64,000 nucleotides of DNA, taken from contig JAAOMT010000276.1 in NCBI GenBank assembly GCA_016748015.1, forward strand, positions 434,001-498,000. The letters run 5' to 3'. The notes below the pieces were generated by a model. It saw nothing but the letters and a program-made list of their open reading frames with translations, was not told where the DNA came from and searched no databases. Shown here in pieces: positions 49,931 to 61,283 of this stretch (position 1 is the first letter of the stretch; each line of letters begins with the position of its first letter). Both the position numbers and the translations under genes were made by a program. Source of the stretch: Geosiphon pyriformis uo1. Taxonomy: Eukaryota > Fungi > Glomeromycota.

Positions 49931-52382
49931 AGATGGGAGAGTCATAGTAAAAAAACTCTTTTTCTCCTAAATTTCATGACCATGAATAGAGCTAAGAGTA
50001 AAAAAGTTGCAAACTTTACTTTTCCTATAGTGACTAATAAAGTTTCAACACAAGAGAGTCTCTCTGTTATTGAAGCAGCTAGACAAAATGTTCTGGCTAC
50101 ATTTCCTTTAAAAAATAATAGTAATAAGCTGCCTTTAGCAGCTTCTGGTTCATTTTTTTCACCTTTGGCTGGTAGTTCTTTTCCAGTCAAAGTTCCTTCA
50201 AAAAGACACACTTGGATTAGTCCCAGTGTTGTTTCCACTACTTCAAAAAGCCCAAAGATTTTTAATAACAGACCAGTCAACAAGTTGGTCTTTTCTGCTC
50301 TCACCACTCCCACTATTACTTCTACTACTACTGTTTCACAAATGGCTATGAAAGCTAAAAATTCCAAAAAACAGCAGCAGGCAGTCGCAACTGCTATGGT
50401 CACACTGAACCCCTTTGTGGTTCCAGATGAGATCTTCGGTAAGATCTCCACAGCAGCAGCCAGCCCTCTTCCTAATATGGATGGCAACAGCAGCAACATA
50501 TCTTCCAAAATGGGCCAAGATCAACCACTGGCTGTGTTGCCTGATGTGGTAATCTCCAGCAGATTATCGCCAATCCCAATAGCAAAACAGTCCATCAATC
50601 CAGATGATCTCAAAGATTGGGCTGATCAGATGGAAATGGAATCAACTGTCCCTTCCCCAGTTTCTGGTGCTGCTGATGGTGGTGCTTGGGAAAATGTAAA
50701 TGGTCATCAGAGGTTCTCTGGTTAAGTGGCCTCCAATCTAGTACCTGGAGCTACATTCAAGATCAAAATGGCCTGCTTGGTTTCTTGTTTCAGTTACTGC
50801 CTAGTTGTATTGGGCTTAAGTCAGTTTCATGAGATGCTGTTAAGTTGTTCTGTGTGGAATTTGCATCTCAGGAGTATCTAAATGATGCCACCAAAGTGGC
50901 CATCAGTGATGAGGTGTTTTTGACCACTCTTAAGATTGCACGATCTTCTGGTGTGGCCTCTGTTTCTTCCCCTTCCTTGTCAGTTGTACTGCACAATGTA
51001 CCTTTGGGTACCTCTTCTAATGACATCAAAACTGCTCTTGGCATTTTTGGTGTTGTCACTTCTGTTAAGTTGAAGCCTGCTGGCTTATGGCAATATACTG
51101 TGATTAATTTTAAGGACATTTCTTCTGCTGCTGCTGTTCTCTCTAACTGGTCTGTATTGGTCAGAAAAGATAGTGTTAGGATTCTTCCTGTTGCCAACCA
51201 AAAGGAGGTTATTTTCTCAAAAGATGCATTCAAAGCTAAGTTGGTCAATCTTCTATTTGGCTGTACTGCCTTTGAGATAAGTGATTTGGTCTCCCAAGTT
51301 GGTGGCCATACATGTTTCATTCCTCACTCCCCTGAATCTTATTAATGTCAATGCTTTGCTGTAGTTATCTTTGATTCTTTGGAATCTCTGAATGTTGCTG
51401 TGTCAAAAACTGGTACCTTGCATGGTTGTCGCATCTGGTGAGAAACTTCTGAATGTTGCTGCTGCTACAGGTGTCAAGACTTGAATTATTTGGCTGTGGA
51501 CTGCAAGAAGTTGCCTTCTCTCCCACCTAAACTCCCTTCCAACACCTTTGGTGGCCCCAAAAATTTCAAATCTTTATTTGTTAGATCTAAATCTTATGCC
51601 AAGGCTGCTGCTTTTGTGGTTCCTCCTGGTGCTGCTGCTGCTGATATGGAATTGAATCTTGGTGGTTCTCCTGAAACTACAACACCTGTGTTGTCTGCTG
51701 TCTTCTCTGTTCCCAATACTGCTGTTGAATCTAGGTTGACTTCTCTTGAATCCCACCTTAGTGAACTATCTGTGTTGATTAAATCTTTGGTTGAATCTGT
51801 TGGTGCTCTGGTTGCATTAGTTACCAAATTGCTGTCTACTCCATCTGCCATGGATGTGTCAGTTAAGGAATGTATAGATGGGTTGGCTAAGCAAAATAAA
51901 AGCTGCTACTGTGATGCAGAAAAGATTAACACATCTTGAGATAATAAGTGAACGGATTTGCTTGGAGAATGGATCAGATATTGATGACATGGTTGATGAT
52001 GTTGATGATGATGATGATGATGATGATGAAGATAAAGATTTTTCAGTTTATGATAACACCTTCAATGTTATAATGCACCTATGGGAAGATCAGCCTTCTA
52101 GTATCAAATCCAGTTCTGATCAGACTGCTAAGTGGATAAGTAGTATGGTTAAGAATAGTCATGAGCTTATTAGTATTATGGGTAAGATGTATGAATTTGA
52201 AATGTTTGATACATTAAGTAGCAAAGGTAGTACTAGCATGTAGTTAGGGCTTTCCACTAAGTGGTTAGCCACATCTTATAAACTTTGTATTATTGGGTGA
52301 GCTGGCTTTATGAAAGTGCCAACTTTATTGTTAGACAAAACTAATAAACGATCAGCATGGCTACACGTTAACATAAAAAAAA
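49931..52382 (+). mobile_element. Full-length ORF1-only element D2 (2.45 kb)
   Basis: 15-bp TSD AAGAGAAAATCAGTG (49916-49930, 52383-52397) preceded by TTT; poly(A); ~45-nt leader; one gene; ~130-nt 3' UTR. Confidence 0.92.
49976..52243 (+). pseudogene. ORF1-like protein of D2 (~750 aa)
   Basis: MTMNRAKSKK start; RRM-like blocks; knuckle remnant; coiled coil; poly-Asp; ends GSTSM*; stops and frameshifts. Confidence 0.85.
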
Positions 52383-53248
52383 AAGAGAAAATCAGTGCTG
52401 GTTGAACCACTAAAATTTGGGCCAAACAAACAAACTCTGAAACTCCTGGATCCATCTACATGTACCTGATATTTGGGGAGGTGGATTAGAGCAGATGGAA
52501 AAAATAAAACTGTGCTGAAAATGATTAGATCTGACATAGAAGCAGTGTGTAAGGTTATTAGGAAAAAACACATCACTAAAAAACAGGTGAGTAACAAGCT
52601 AACAGGTAGCAAGGGAGAACAGAATTGTAGGGTGATGGAAATAATCAAAGGGGAATTCAACTTTAAAGAGCGAATTGAATGAGTATGGATTTAATGTGCA
52701 AGATCAATCTCATAAAATATCTCAGTTACTATTCTTTTCAAAGGTAACTGGAGAATCTGAAAGTAGAGAGATAGTCTGTACTGTCAACAATTAATCACTG
52801 TTGAAATTAATTCTATGCCTTCATGTCAGCACTCTTAGAATTCAATATCAGGTATCAACTTGTGCTCTTCAGTCATGTTTATACAAATAATCTTCAATAC
52901 TACAATTATTCAAACAGAAAAAGGCCAACGAGTAATCCTTTATCCTAAGATGTTCAGATACTTGAAGGTAGGGAAAGAGAAATTAGCAATAAGAGAGTAA
53001 TTGAGATGAAAGTTGTTATTTTTATTTATTTGATTCTTGTCTGAGAGATGATTTTCTATAGCTAAGAGACTCATTGCTTATATAGCTAATGAAAGTGGTC
53101 AATGACCAGATCAATGACTAGGTTAATGATCAGGTCAATGATCAGGTCAATGATTAGGTCAATGGTCAGGTCATTGATCAGATTAATGATCACTATCTAA
53201 AAATAAAGTGGCTAATTATATGACATCAGTGGCTAATACATGTGATAA

Positions 53249-53819
53249 CTAATAAAAATTATGGGTTTCAACCATAACATCATCCTCTCCAAAAAAATTG
53301 AGCTTCAGCAAAATCAAGCTATTTATAAGGTATTCTAATTGAAAGGTTTTGTCTAACTCAAAACTAACTAGTTTGTTGAAGTCTTTTGTAGATAGAGTAT
53401 ATAGTACTTGAGGCGAAATAAGCTTTGTATCCAAGAGACTAAATCTTTGTATAAGAGTTTTGGCTCTTTTTGCAATGGTCTATGATTTCATCAAGACAAC
53501 CATAGAGTTCTAGTTGCCTTCCATATGACAAGTTTTTGTCTATGGGCAAGATTTCCTTAATCATTTTTCCAATTGTCATGGAAGGTATAAGTATTGCTGC
53601 TGTTATGCTTTCCAGCAAATACTTATCCATTTTGCTACCAATTCTTTCTCTTCTGGTAGTGGTTTTCTTTGGTCTAATAACAGTATGTGTTCCACTGTTA
53701 TCAGTTATGGTAGTTTGTTTTCCAATGGTCAAAGTAGCATTTGGATAATTTTTGATCCAGTACTCATGGAAAGTATAGAAAGCATTTTGAATGTTTTGAT
53801 CTAGGAAATAATTGTTCAT
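53249..53819 (-). pseudogene. A-family ORF3 (A3), internal deletion near 53480
   Basis: Retains ATG of MNNYFLDQ; fragments 53439-53915 and 53249-53434. Confidence 0.75.
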
Positions 53820-53860
53820 GTCAATTGAAGATACCTCTGTTTTGGGAATGGTGCATTTAT

Positions 53861-55174
53861 TTATATCTGATTTTTGTTGATCATTTGGGTCAGTATTACC
53901 ACAACAGGTAACCAATCAGGTCATTTGTGATATTTCTTGAGTCGTGTGCCATGAACAGAACGATCATTGAAAATTGTTCCATATTGATCTTGTAAGATAT
54001 AAGAACCATTGTTCAAAACTTTGTTGACTATAAAGGGTCCTTTCCACCAGCTAGAGAATTTATCATCATAGACATTGTCTCTGTCTGAACGGTATTCTAA
54101 AACTAAGTCACCATTACTTAAGGAAAGTGTTTTATATGTTTTCTTTTTCTTAAGCTTCTCTTGGAATTGTTTTATCTTTTCAAAGGCAATTACCCGTGCT
54201 TCTATTAATGAGTTAAGAATGGTACCAAGTCTTCTTTGCAAAATGTCTTTGTAATTCCCTATTGTTATTTCTTCAAAGGGTATTGTCTCAATGTTAGTTT
54301 CTATTAGTAGGGTTGCCATTTGTCCATAGAGTAGATAAAAGAGTTCATAACTTGTTATGTCATGATTCACAGTTCTATAAGCAAACAAAGCTAAAAGCAG
54401 TACCTTGTCCTATAAGTTTGTTTCTTTGCTAGTTTTGGCTAAGGTTTCACATAGTGTTCTATTGAAACATTCCACTAGGCCATTTGTTTGGAGGTGATAA
54501 GGAGAAGAAAGTTTGTGATGTATTCTTATTTTTCTGCAAAGTTCTTTAACAAGTGTATTGAGAAAAGCTCTTCCTCTGTCAGATAAAAGTTCTTTTGGGC
54601 AGCCATGGTAACAAATGATATCTTCATAAATGAAATTGGCTATTGAGACTGCTGTTTGGTCTGGAGTGGCTCTTGCTTCTACCCACTTTGTAAGATAGTT
54701 GGTAGCTGTGATAATGTATCTGTTGCCATCAGGAGTTATTGTTAAAGGTCCAACAACATCTATACCAATTCTGTTAAAGGGTTGACCAACAGAAATTGGA
54801 TGAATATCTTTTTTGCGATTGGGTTTTCCTCTTCTTTGGCAGATATCACAGGTTTTGATGTATTCAGCAATGTCTTTTCCCAAGGTAGGTCAATAATAGT
54901 GAGCTAAAATTTTCTGAATTGTTTTTGTTTTTCCAAAGTGTCCAGCTAATGGATCAGTGTGCATATTGTAGATCACAATTTCTCTTTCTTCAAATCTGAT
55001 AACTCTCTGGGGGCAGTCAGGATCTTTTCTATTTCTATTATAAAGTTGGTTCTGGCGAATCAAATAGAAATTTGATTGTTTGCGTAAATGTTCTCTTTGT
55101 TGTCATGTGTATTTCAGTGGGTATTGTCCTTTATCCAAAAATTCAATTAAGGCAGAGTAGTTGTCCAAGTCCAT
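53861..55174 (-). pseudogene. Integrase ORF (A3)
   Basis: IGIDVVGP, LSDRG, NGLVECFN, WKGPF. Confidence 0.92.
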
Positions 55175-55241
55175 TATCATGTTTGTCAAAAAGGAGGAAT
55201 TACTAATAATTAAGTTGGTTTGGTTTGAGAGGGTTGTTCTG

Positions 55242-57929
55242 TTACTGGATGGTAAGCATCGGCATTTTAATGATTAGCTCTTTTGTGATGTTGAATATCA
55301 TAGTCGAATTCATTCAAGTGGAGTATTCAGTGAGTTATTCATTTGTGTTCTAGCCTCTTTTTGTTGTGCAGCCAAACCAAAGCTTGGTGATCTGTTACCA
55401 CCAAAAACTTCACACCAAGAAGATACTTACTTCAGTAACTGGTGGACTATACTACTGCTAAGCATTCTTGTTCAGTGACTGAATAGTTCTGTTCTGCTGG
55501 GGAAAGGGTTCTACTGGCATAAGCTATGGCATGTTCTTTGCTATCTTCATCTTTCTGGAAGAGAACAGCACCAAGTCCAAAGCCAGATGCATCAGTGTGG
55601 AGGATAAAGGGTCAATCTAAATCAGATTGCTTGAGGATGGGTTCTGTAACCAGTTTTTCCTTTAAAGTTTCAAAGGCTTTTTGCTGATGTGTTCCCCAAT
55701 GGTAATTGACATTTTTCCTGAGTAGCTGATTGAGAGAAGAGGCGATTTTGGAGAAATCCTTGACAAATTTATGATAATAAGAGACCAAACCAAGAAAAAA
55801 GCATAGTTCATAAATGTTCATTGGTTGTTTGATGTTTTGGACTTTTTTAACTTTGGCTGAGTCAGGAAAGATTCCATCTTTTGTGATAAGATGACCAAGG
55901 AACTGGGTGGATTGTCTTCCAAAGAAAAATTTGATTGGGTTGATCTTGAGGCCAGCATTTCTAAGGAGGTCAAAAACCATTTGCAAATGTTCCAGGTGTT
56001 CATCCCAGGTTTTTGAGTATACCATTATGTTGTCCAAATAGATTAAAACAAAGTTTTTCTTGACTGATTCAAATACTTTATCCATTAAGCATTGAAAGAT
56101 GAGGGAGGGGGGGTGTTGGTGAGACCCAAAGACATGACTGTGAATTCATAGGTGCCATACTTGGTGATGAAGGCAGTTTTCTTTCTGCTTTCTGAATCCA
56201 TCTCTACTTGCCAGAATCCAGCAGTTAAGTCAATGGTTGAGAAGAAAGCAGCATCTTTGAATTGGTCTAACATTGCATCAATCTTGGGAAGTGTGTACAT
56301 GTCTCTTTCAGTGATGGCATTTAATTGGTGGTAGTTGATACAGAAGCATAGTGTTCCACCTTTCTTGGATATTACTACAACTGGGAAAGCCCATTCACTC
56401 TTGGTTTTTTGTATGAATCCAAGATCTTTCATCTGGTTTATCTCTTTTTTGATAAACTTATCATTGTGCTGATTGGATTGATAAGGCTTCAAATGGATGG
56501 GTCAAGTTTCTCTGGTGGTGATAGTGTGTTGTATCATATGGGTATGTCCAGGGGTATCACCTTCTTTGGAGATAACTGGGCTATTTCTAGCCAGCAAATT
56601 TTCAATGTCTATTTTTCTTTCTTCTGGGGAGGGTTTTTTTTGTTCTACAACCAGTGATTGGATCTCAGATGGTTCATTCTCAAAAGACTTCTGTACTTCT
56701 TTCAATTCTTCTCTGGGTATCAAACTGATTGGTTTCCAATCTTTGTAATAGATCAGGCATAATTTGCATTCATCACTTGGAGAATACAAGAGTTTGTTGC
56801 ACCAACACCGGGCACAAAGACCATGCCACCAAAAACTGTATTTGGCTTTCTTGCCAGGTTTTCTTTCAAAGATTCTTCTAAGAATATTATAATAAGGCCA
56901 GCAGATTAGCTTGCTATTTACAATGATTCCTTCTTTGTCTGCTTTAAAATTGTCTAGTGGTTTGCCATTGCTGGTGAAGGTGGTATAGGCGAGTTCAGCA
57001 GTTTCTTCTTGCTCTTCTTGTTCTTCTTCTTCATCGCTCTCTTCATTATTTAATTCATCTGATTGTTTTTCTTCTTGGTTTTGTTTGGGTACTGGGGGAG
57101 TTGTCCAATGGCAACACTTAACCACAATGGGTTTTTTACCACATCTGATAGTTAATTCACAAAGTTCATAATCAAGCAAAGCTTTTGCTTTCTTGAGCCA
57201 TTCATTGCCAACAATGATGGTGTATTCCTTGGCTTCAGAAACTTCCATGTCAGTTTCAATGCTAATTCCATTGATGCGGACAGGAACAGCTTTGGCAATA
57301 CCCAGTCTTTTCTTTTTGTCACCATGTACATTGGTCATTGGTCTGGTGGAAGGTTCATCAATCTTTCTACCAATTGCTTCCAAGAAGTGTTTGGCAATGA
57401 CACTAACAGATGATCCACTGTTCAGAATTAAGTCAATGAAATATCCAGCCACTTGGACTTTACAAATCAGAGGGATGACATTGCTGTTGTCAGCAAGTCC
57501 AGCTTGGTGAGAGTGCTTGTTGGTTTTTGGTGTCTTCTTCTTTGGAATCAAGGATTTGCGAAGATTCTTTCTGAACTGTGGGTGGGTCATTAACTGGCCA
57601 AAGGTAATCTGTGCTGGGGTTTCCATGAGATCTTTGACAACGGAATAGGGTCCAGATTTTTGTACAATTTCTGGGAGTTCCAACTTTGGAGGATTTTTAA
57701 AAACTTTATTCTTTGGTGGCTCATTGTTATCAGCAGCAGAAGTTAAGGCTTTGTTGGGGTCTAGAACGAAATCAATCTTGGCTTTCTTCTTCTTTCTGGT
57801 TGGTTCTGAGGTGTTGATTGCTAGTTCATCCATGTCATGGTCATCATCAGTTAAGTTAAAAGCATAAAAGAGGTTTTCTTCTGGTTGGCTTGCATTTTCA
57901 CCCTTTGGAGGTGCGCCTACCAGTTTAAA
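55242..57929 (-). pseudogene. pol: pol PR-RT-RNase H (A3)
   Basis: ORFs 56502-57833, 56085-56492, 55612-56085. Confidence 0.92.
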
Positions 57930-59473
57930 GGCTGATAAACAGTGGCTTCAATTAAGGGATCCTCTCCAAAGAAATTGATGTTGGCATGATTGGGTCTTTG
58001 ATTGGGGACATTGTTGTTGTTGTTGGGTCTGTTGTTTTGGTTGTTATTGTTTCTGGGAGCTGGAGGAGGCAGTGGAGGATTGTTGCAATCTCTGGAAAAA
58101 TGTCCAGTTAATTCACATTTATAACACACAGGAGGGCCACGATTTTGCTGTCTTTGATAAGCGGGTTGTTGGGGCTGATTAAAACGGTTTTCAAATCTGG
58201 GCCTTTGTGGTTGCTGGTTATCTCTGACTGCTTGGGCTAATGGTTCTAATAGCCAAGCAAGATTTGCTGTAAGTCTATCTATTAATTGTTCATTTGGATC
58301 TTGTGTCTGGACAGCAAAAAAAGTAGCAGCCATTTGAGGAGTAGGAGCCATAACAGGAGCAGGAGCAAAAACTGAAAGTGTGAATCCCAAATGCATTCTT
58401 TGATTGTCTTCAATTCTTTGGGTGAGTTCAATGGCCATATCCATAGTGGAATTATCTTTTAAAGCCAAGAGAGGCCAAAGAGCATACAATAAATCAGTTC
58501 TCAATTCTTTTGTGAAGAAATGGATTTTTTGCTCTTCAGTCCAGTTTCTACCAGAGTCTACATGCTTGATGAGTTTTCTGATTGCTTTGGCATATTCAGT
58601 CACAATTTTACCAGAACCTTGGGTTCTTCTTTCTAATTCCATACACCATTTGGATATTAAGATAAGGGTTCTGAATTTGTTTTCAAACCGGGTAGTGAAA
58701 GAGGTGTTGTTTTCTTCAATATTTGCTGGGGTCTATCTAACAATTTTTTGTTAAGCACCAGCATTGGTTTCTTGTGAAAACCAGGTAGCAGGGGAGCCTT
58801 GGAGGTAGCCACCAACAATTTGAAACTTGTACTCATCATCATATTGGTTGGCTGTAGCAGCTCTCTCAAAGTCATCCAACTATTCAATTGGGTCTTGGAC
58901 ATCACCTCTGAATAATGGTAATGGGGTGTTGTTTTTTCGCCCTAAAGCAGTCTGTATACCTTAGAGGGCAATCAGAATGTTTTGTTGCAGAGAGTTTTGA
59001 GCCATTGGTTCAGGTGTTACTGTTTGTGTGGAGTGTTCTGATTCACTTGAAAAGAGATCAAAAACAGGAGCAGTTTGATAGCTTTCTTCTTCTGTTTCAA
59101 GAGGAGTTTCTGTTAATTGATGGGCAGCAATCCAAATGTGGATTTGATGATTCAGATATTCAAAATCAGGGAGCTGTTGTTCAAAGGTTGCAAAATATAA
59201 GAGCTGATTGATACTGTTGTTTCTTCCTTCAAAGTCATCTTCAAAATAAGCTTGGTCAAAGTAATAGATTGTATAAGCTGTGTAGGTTTCAGCTGAATGC
59301 TTGTTCAAGAACCAGTTCCAAAAGTCTTGGAATTGTCTGCTGGATTGTTTTTCAATGGGAAAGCAAATCAAGCAGAAGGGCAAAGGATTGAGTTCAATAA
59401 AGTCTAGATTGTTTTTGTTGTGTGCTTTAAAATGTTCTTCTGATTGTTGTGGCAGGTATAAATAATCACCCAT
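57917..59473 (-). pseudogene. gag: gag (A3)
   Basis: CYKCELTGHFSRDC; ends YQPLNW* just after slippery site. Confidence 0.9.
57923..57929 (-). promoter_or_regulatory. Putative -1 ribosomal frameshift heptamer T TTA AAC
   Basis: Correct phase in gag; -1 frame is open into pol; conserved at 22534-22540 and 32328-32334. Confidence 0.75.
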
Positions 59474-60204
59474 ACAATAGGAAACAAAGTGGATTTTGAT
59501 AACCTCACAAGAAGCACCACTTTTATGTTATGGGTTGGAGTAACAAGCTAATGGATAGCAAGGGAGAACAAGATTGTAGGGTGATGGAAATAATCAAAGG
59601 AGAATTCAACTTTAAAGAGCAAATTGAATGAGTATGGATTCAATATGCGAGATCAGTCTCATAAAATATCTCAGTCACTATTCTTTTCAAAGGTAATTGG
59701 GGAATCTGAAGGTAGAGGGATAGTCCGTACTGTCAACAATTGATTACCACTGGTATAATTCTATGCCTCATGTCGGCACTCTTAGAATTCAATATCAGGT
59801 ATCAACTTGTGCTTTTCAGTTATGTTTATTCAAATAATTTTTAAATGCTACAATTATATATGTCAGAAAAAAGCCAACAAGTAATTTTTTATCCTAAGAT
59901 GTTTGAATACTTGAAGATAGGAAAAGGGAAATTAGCAATAAGAGAGTGATTGAGATGAAAGTTGTTATTTTTATTTATTTGATTCTTGTCTGAGAGATGA
60001 TTTTCTATAGCTAAGAGATTCATTACTTATATAACTAATGAAAGTGGTCAATAACCAGGTCAATGACTAGATTAATGATCAAGTCAATGATCAGGTCAAT
60101 GGTTAGGTCAATGATCACTATCTAAAAATAGAGTGGCTAATTATATGACATTAGTGGCTAATACATGTGATAACTAATAAAAATTATGGGTTTCAACTGT
60201 AACA

Positions 60205-60434
60205 ATATATTGACTGATGTTTTTTGTGGTAAGAGTACTTTGTATAATAGTGTGATACTCTATAGAGTTTCTGGTTATACTAGCATGTAGTTAGGCATAA
60301 CCACTTAATAGTTAGCCATATTTTGTAAATTAGATTATTAGGTGAATTGGCTTTATGAAAAAGTCATGTTCTGTGAATGTGGCTAAACTAATAAAAGACC
60401 AGTATGGCTACACATTAACAAAAAAAAAAAAAAA
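60205..60434 (+). mobile_element. LINE 3' end (ORF2 C-terminus, 3' UTR, poly(A)); probably the tail of LINE E
   Basis: Matches ~61057-61283; A15 tail; A3 is flanked by + strand LINE sequence on both sides. Confidence 0.75.
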
Positions 60435-61283
60435 GCTGGTTCCTCAACAATACATACATTTATTATAAAATTATTTTACAATATGCTGCCAACAGCAGAG
60501 GTGCTATACAACAAATGTTCTCTTGTGTATTTAAACAATCTGTGCAAAAGATGTCACAAAGAGGTAGAAACCAACTGGCACTTTTGGGAATGCTTTCTGA
60601 ATATTCAAATGAGTAAAACATTAATAGATAATGTAAGGAATAAGTGAATGTGGTATTTATCAAAAACAATGGGTGAAAAACATAAAAACTTAGAATATGG
60701 GAAAAAAATTGTTCTGTCTAATAAGTTCATTAAGTTAACATCCAACATAGATCTGCTATGTAAAAAACTGATCAATAAGCAATTTGGAAGGATCAATGCT
60801 TTTGCTGACATTGATCAAAAGACTAACAATAATATATTAATTAAGGTGTATAAATAGGCAGTAACTCAAGCAAGGAATAGATTATAAAGAAAATGTTGCA
60901 AATTACAAACTAAGTGAGAAAAATCAGTGGGTATTAATAACAAAGTTAAGAAAAACCTATCAAGAATGTTCAACATTCATAAAATATTAACAAGTAGTGG
61001 TAATGATATCAGCATATTCAAAGTTAAGTCAGATAATAGGTTTACATAGTGTAATAAAATACTGGTTGATGTTTTTTATAGTAAAATTACTTTATGTAAT
61101 AGTGTAATACTCCATAGATTTTCTGGTTATACTAGCATATAGTTAGGCATAACTACTTAGTGATTAGCCACATTTTGTAATTTAGATTATTGGGTGAGTT
61201 GGTTTTATAAAAAAGTCATACTTTTTAATATGGCTAAATTAATAAAAGACCAGTGTGACTACACATTAACAAAAAAAAAAAAA
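60435..61283 (+). mobile_element. LINE 3' fragment with zf-RVT domain, 3' UTR and poly(A), inserted in A5 integrase
   Basis: TFIIKLFYNMLPT...LCKRCHKEVETNWHFWEC from 60435; A13 tail 61271-61283. Confidence 0.85.

Larger units (their letters stand above)
49671..52588 (+). pseudogene. LINE family E reverse transcriptase fragment (49671-49930 plus 52398-52588), interrupted by D2
   Basis: FVNNTVWI (decayed FVDD), DIEINLDKT, then YLGRWI thumb motif after the insertion. Confidence 0.82.
52589..60204 (-). mobile_element. Ty3/Gypsy family A copy A3
   Basis: LTRs ~52589-53279 (outer ~12 bp missing) and 59526-60204; PBS 59503-59519; full internal domain order. Confidence 0.93.

Noticed and set aside
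49942-50508. Long antisense ORFs over D elements and gag (also 12223-12756, 40154-40702, 50868-51320)
   Set aside because: Shadow frames of biased coding sequence with inconsistent ends between copies
49754-50725. 323-aa ORF as an RT-ORF1 fusion gene
   Set aside because: Chance in-frame junction created by D2 inserting into LINE E; the TSD lies inside the ORF
51994-52030. (GAT)n microsatellite
   Set aside because: Encodes the acidic tract of the D protein; not a separate feature
26951-60204. One 33-kb composite element bounded by similar LTRs and ATAT flanks
   Set aside because: The outer flanks do not join into one sequence; A3 sits within LINE DNA on both sides; ATAT is also the A1 target site
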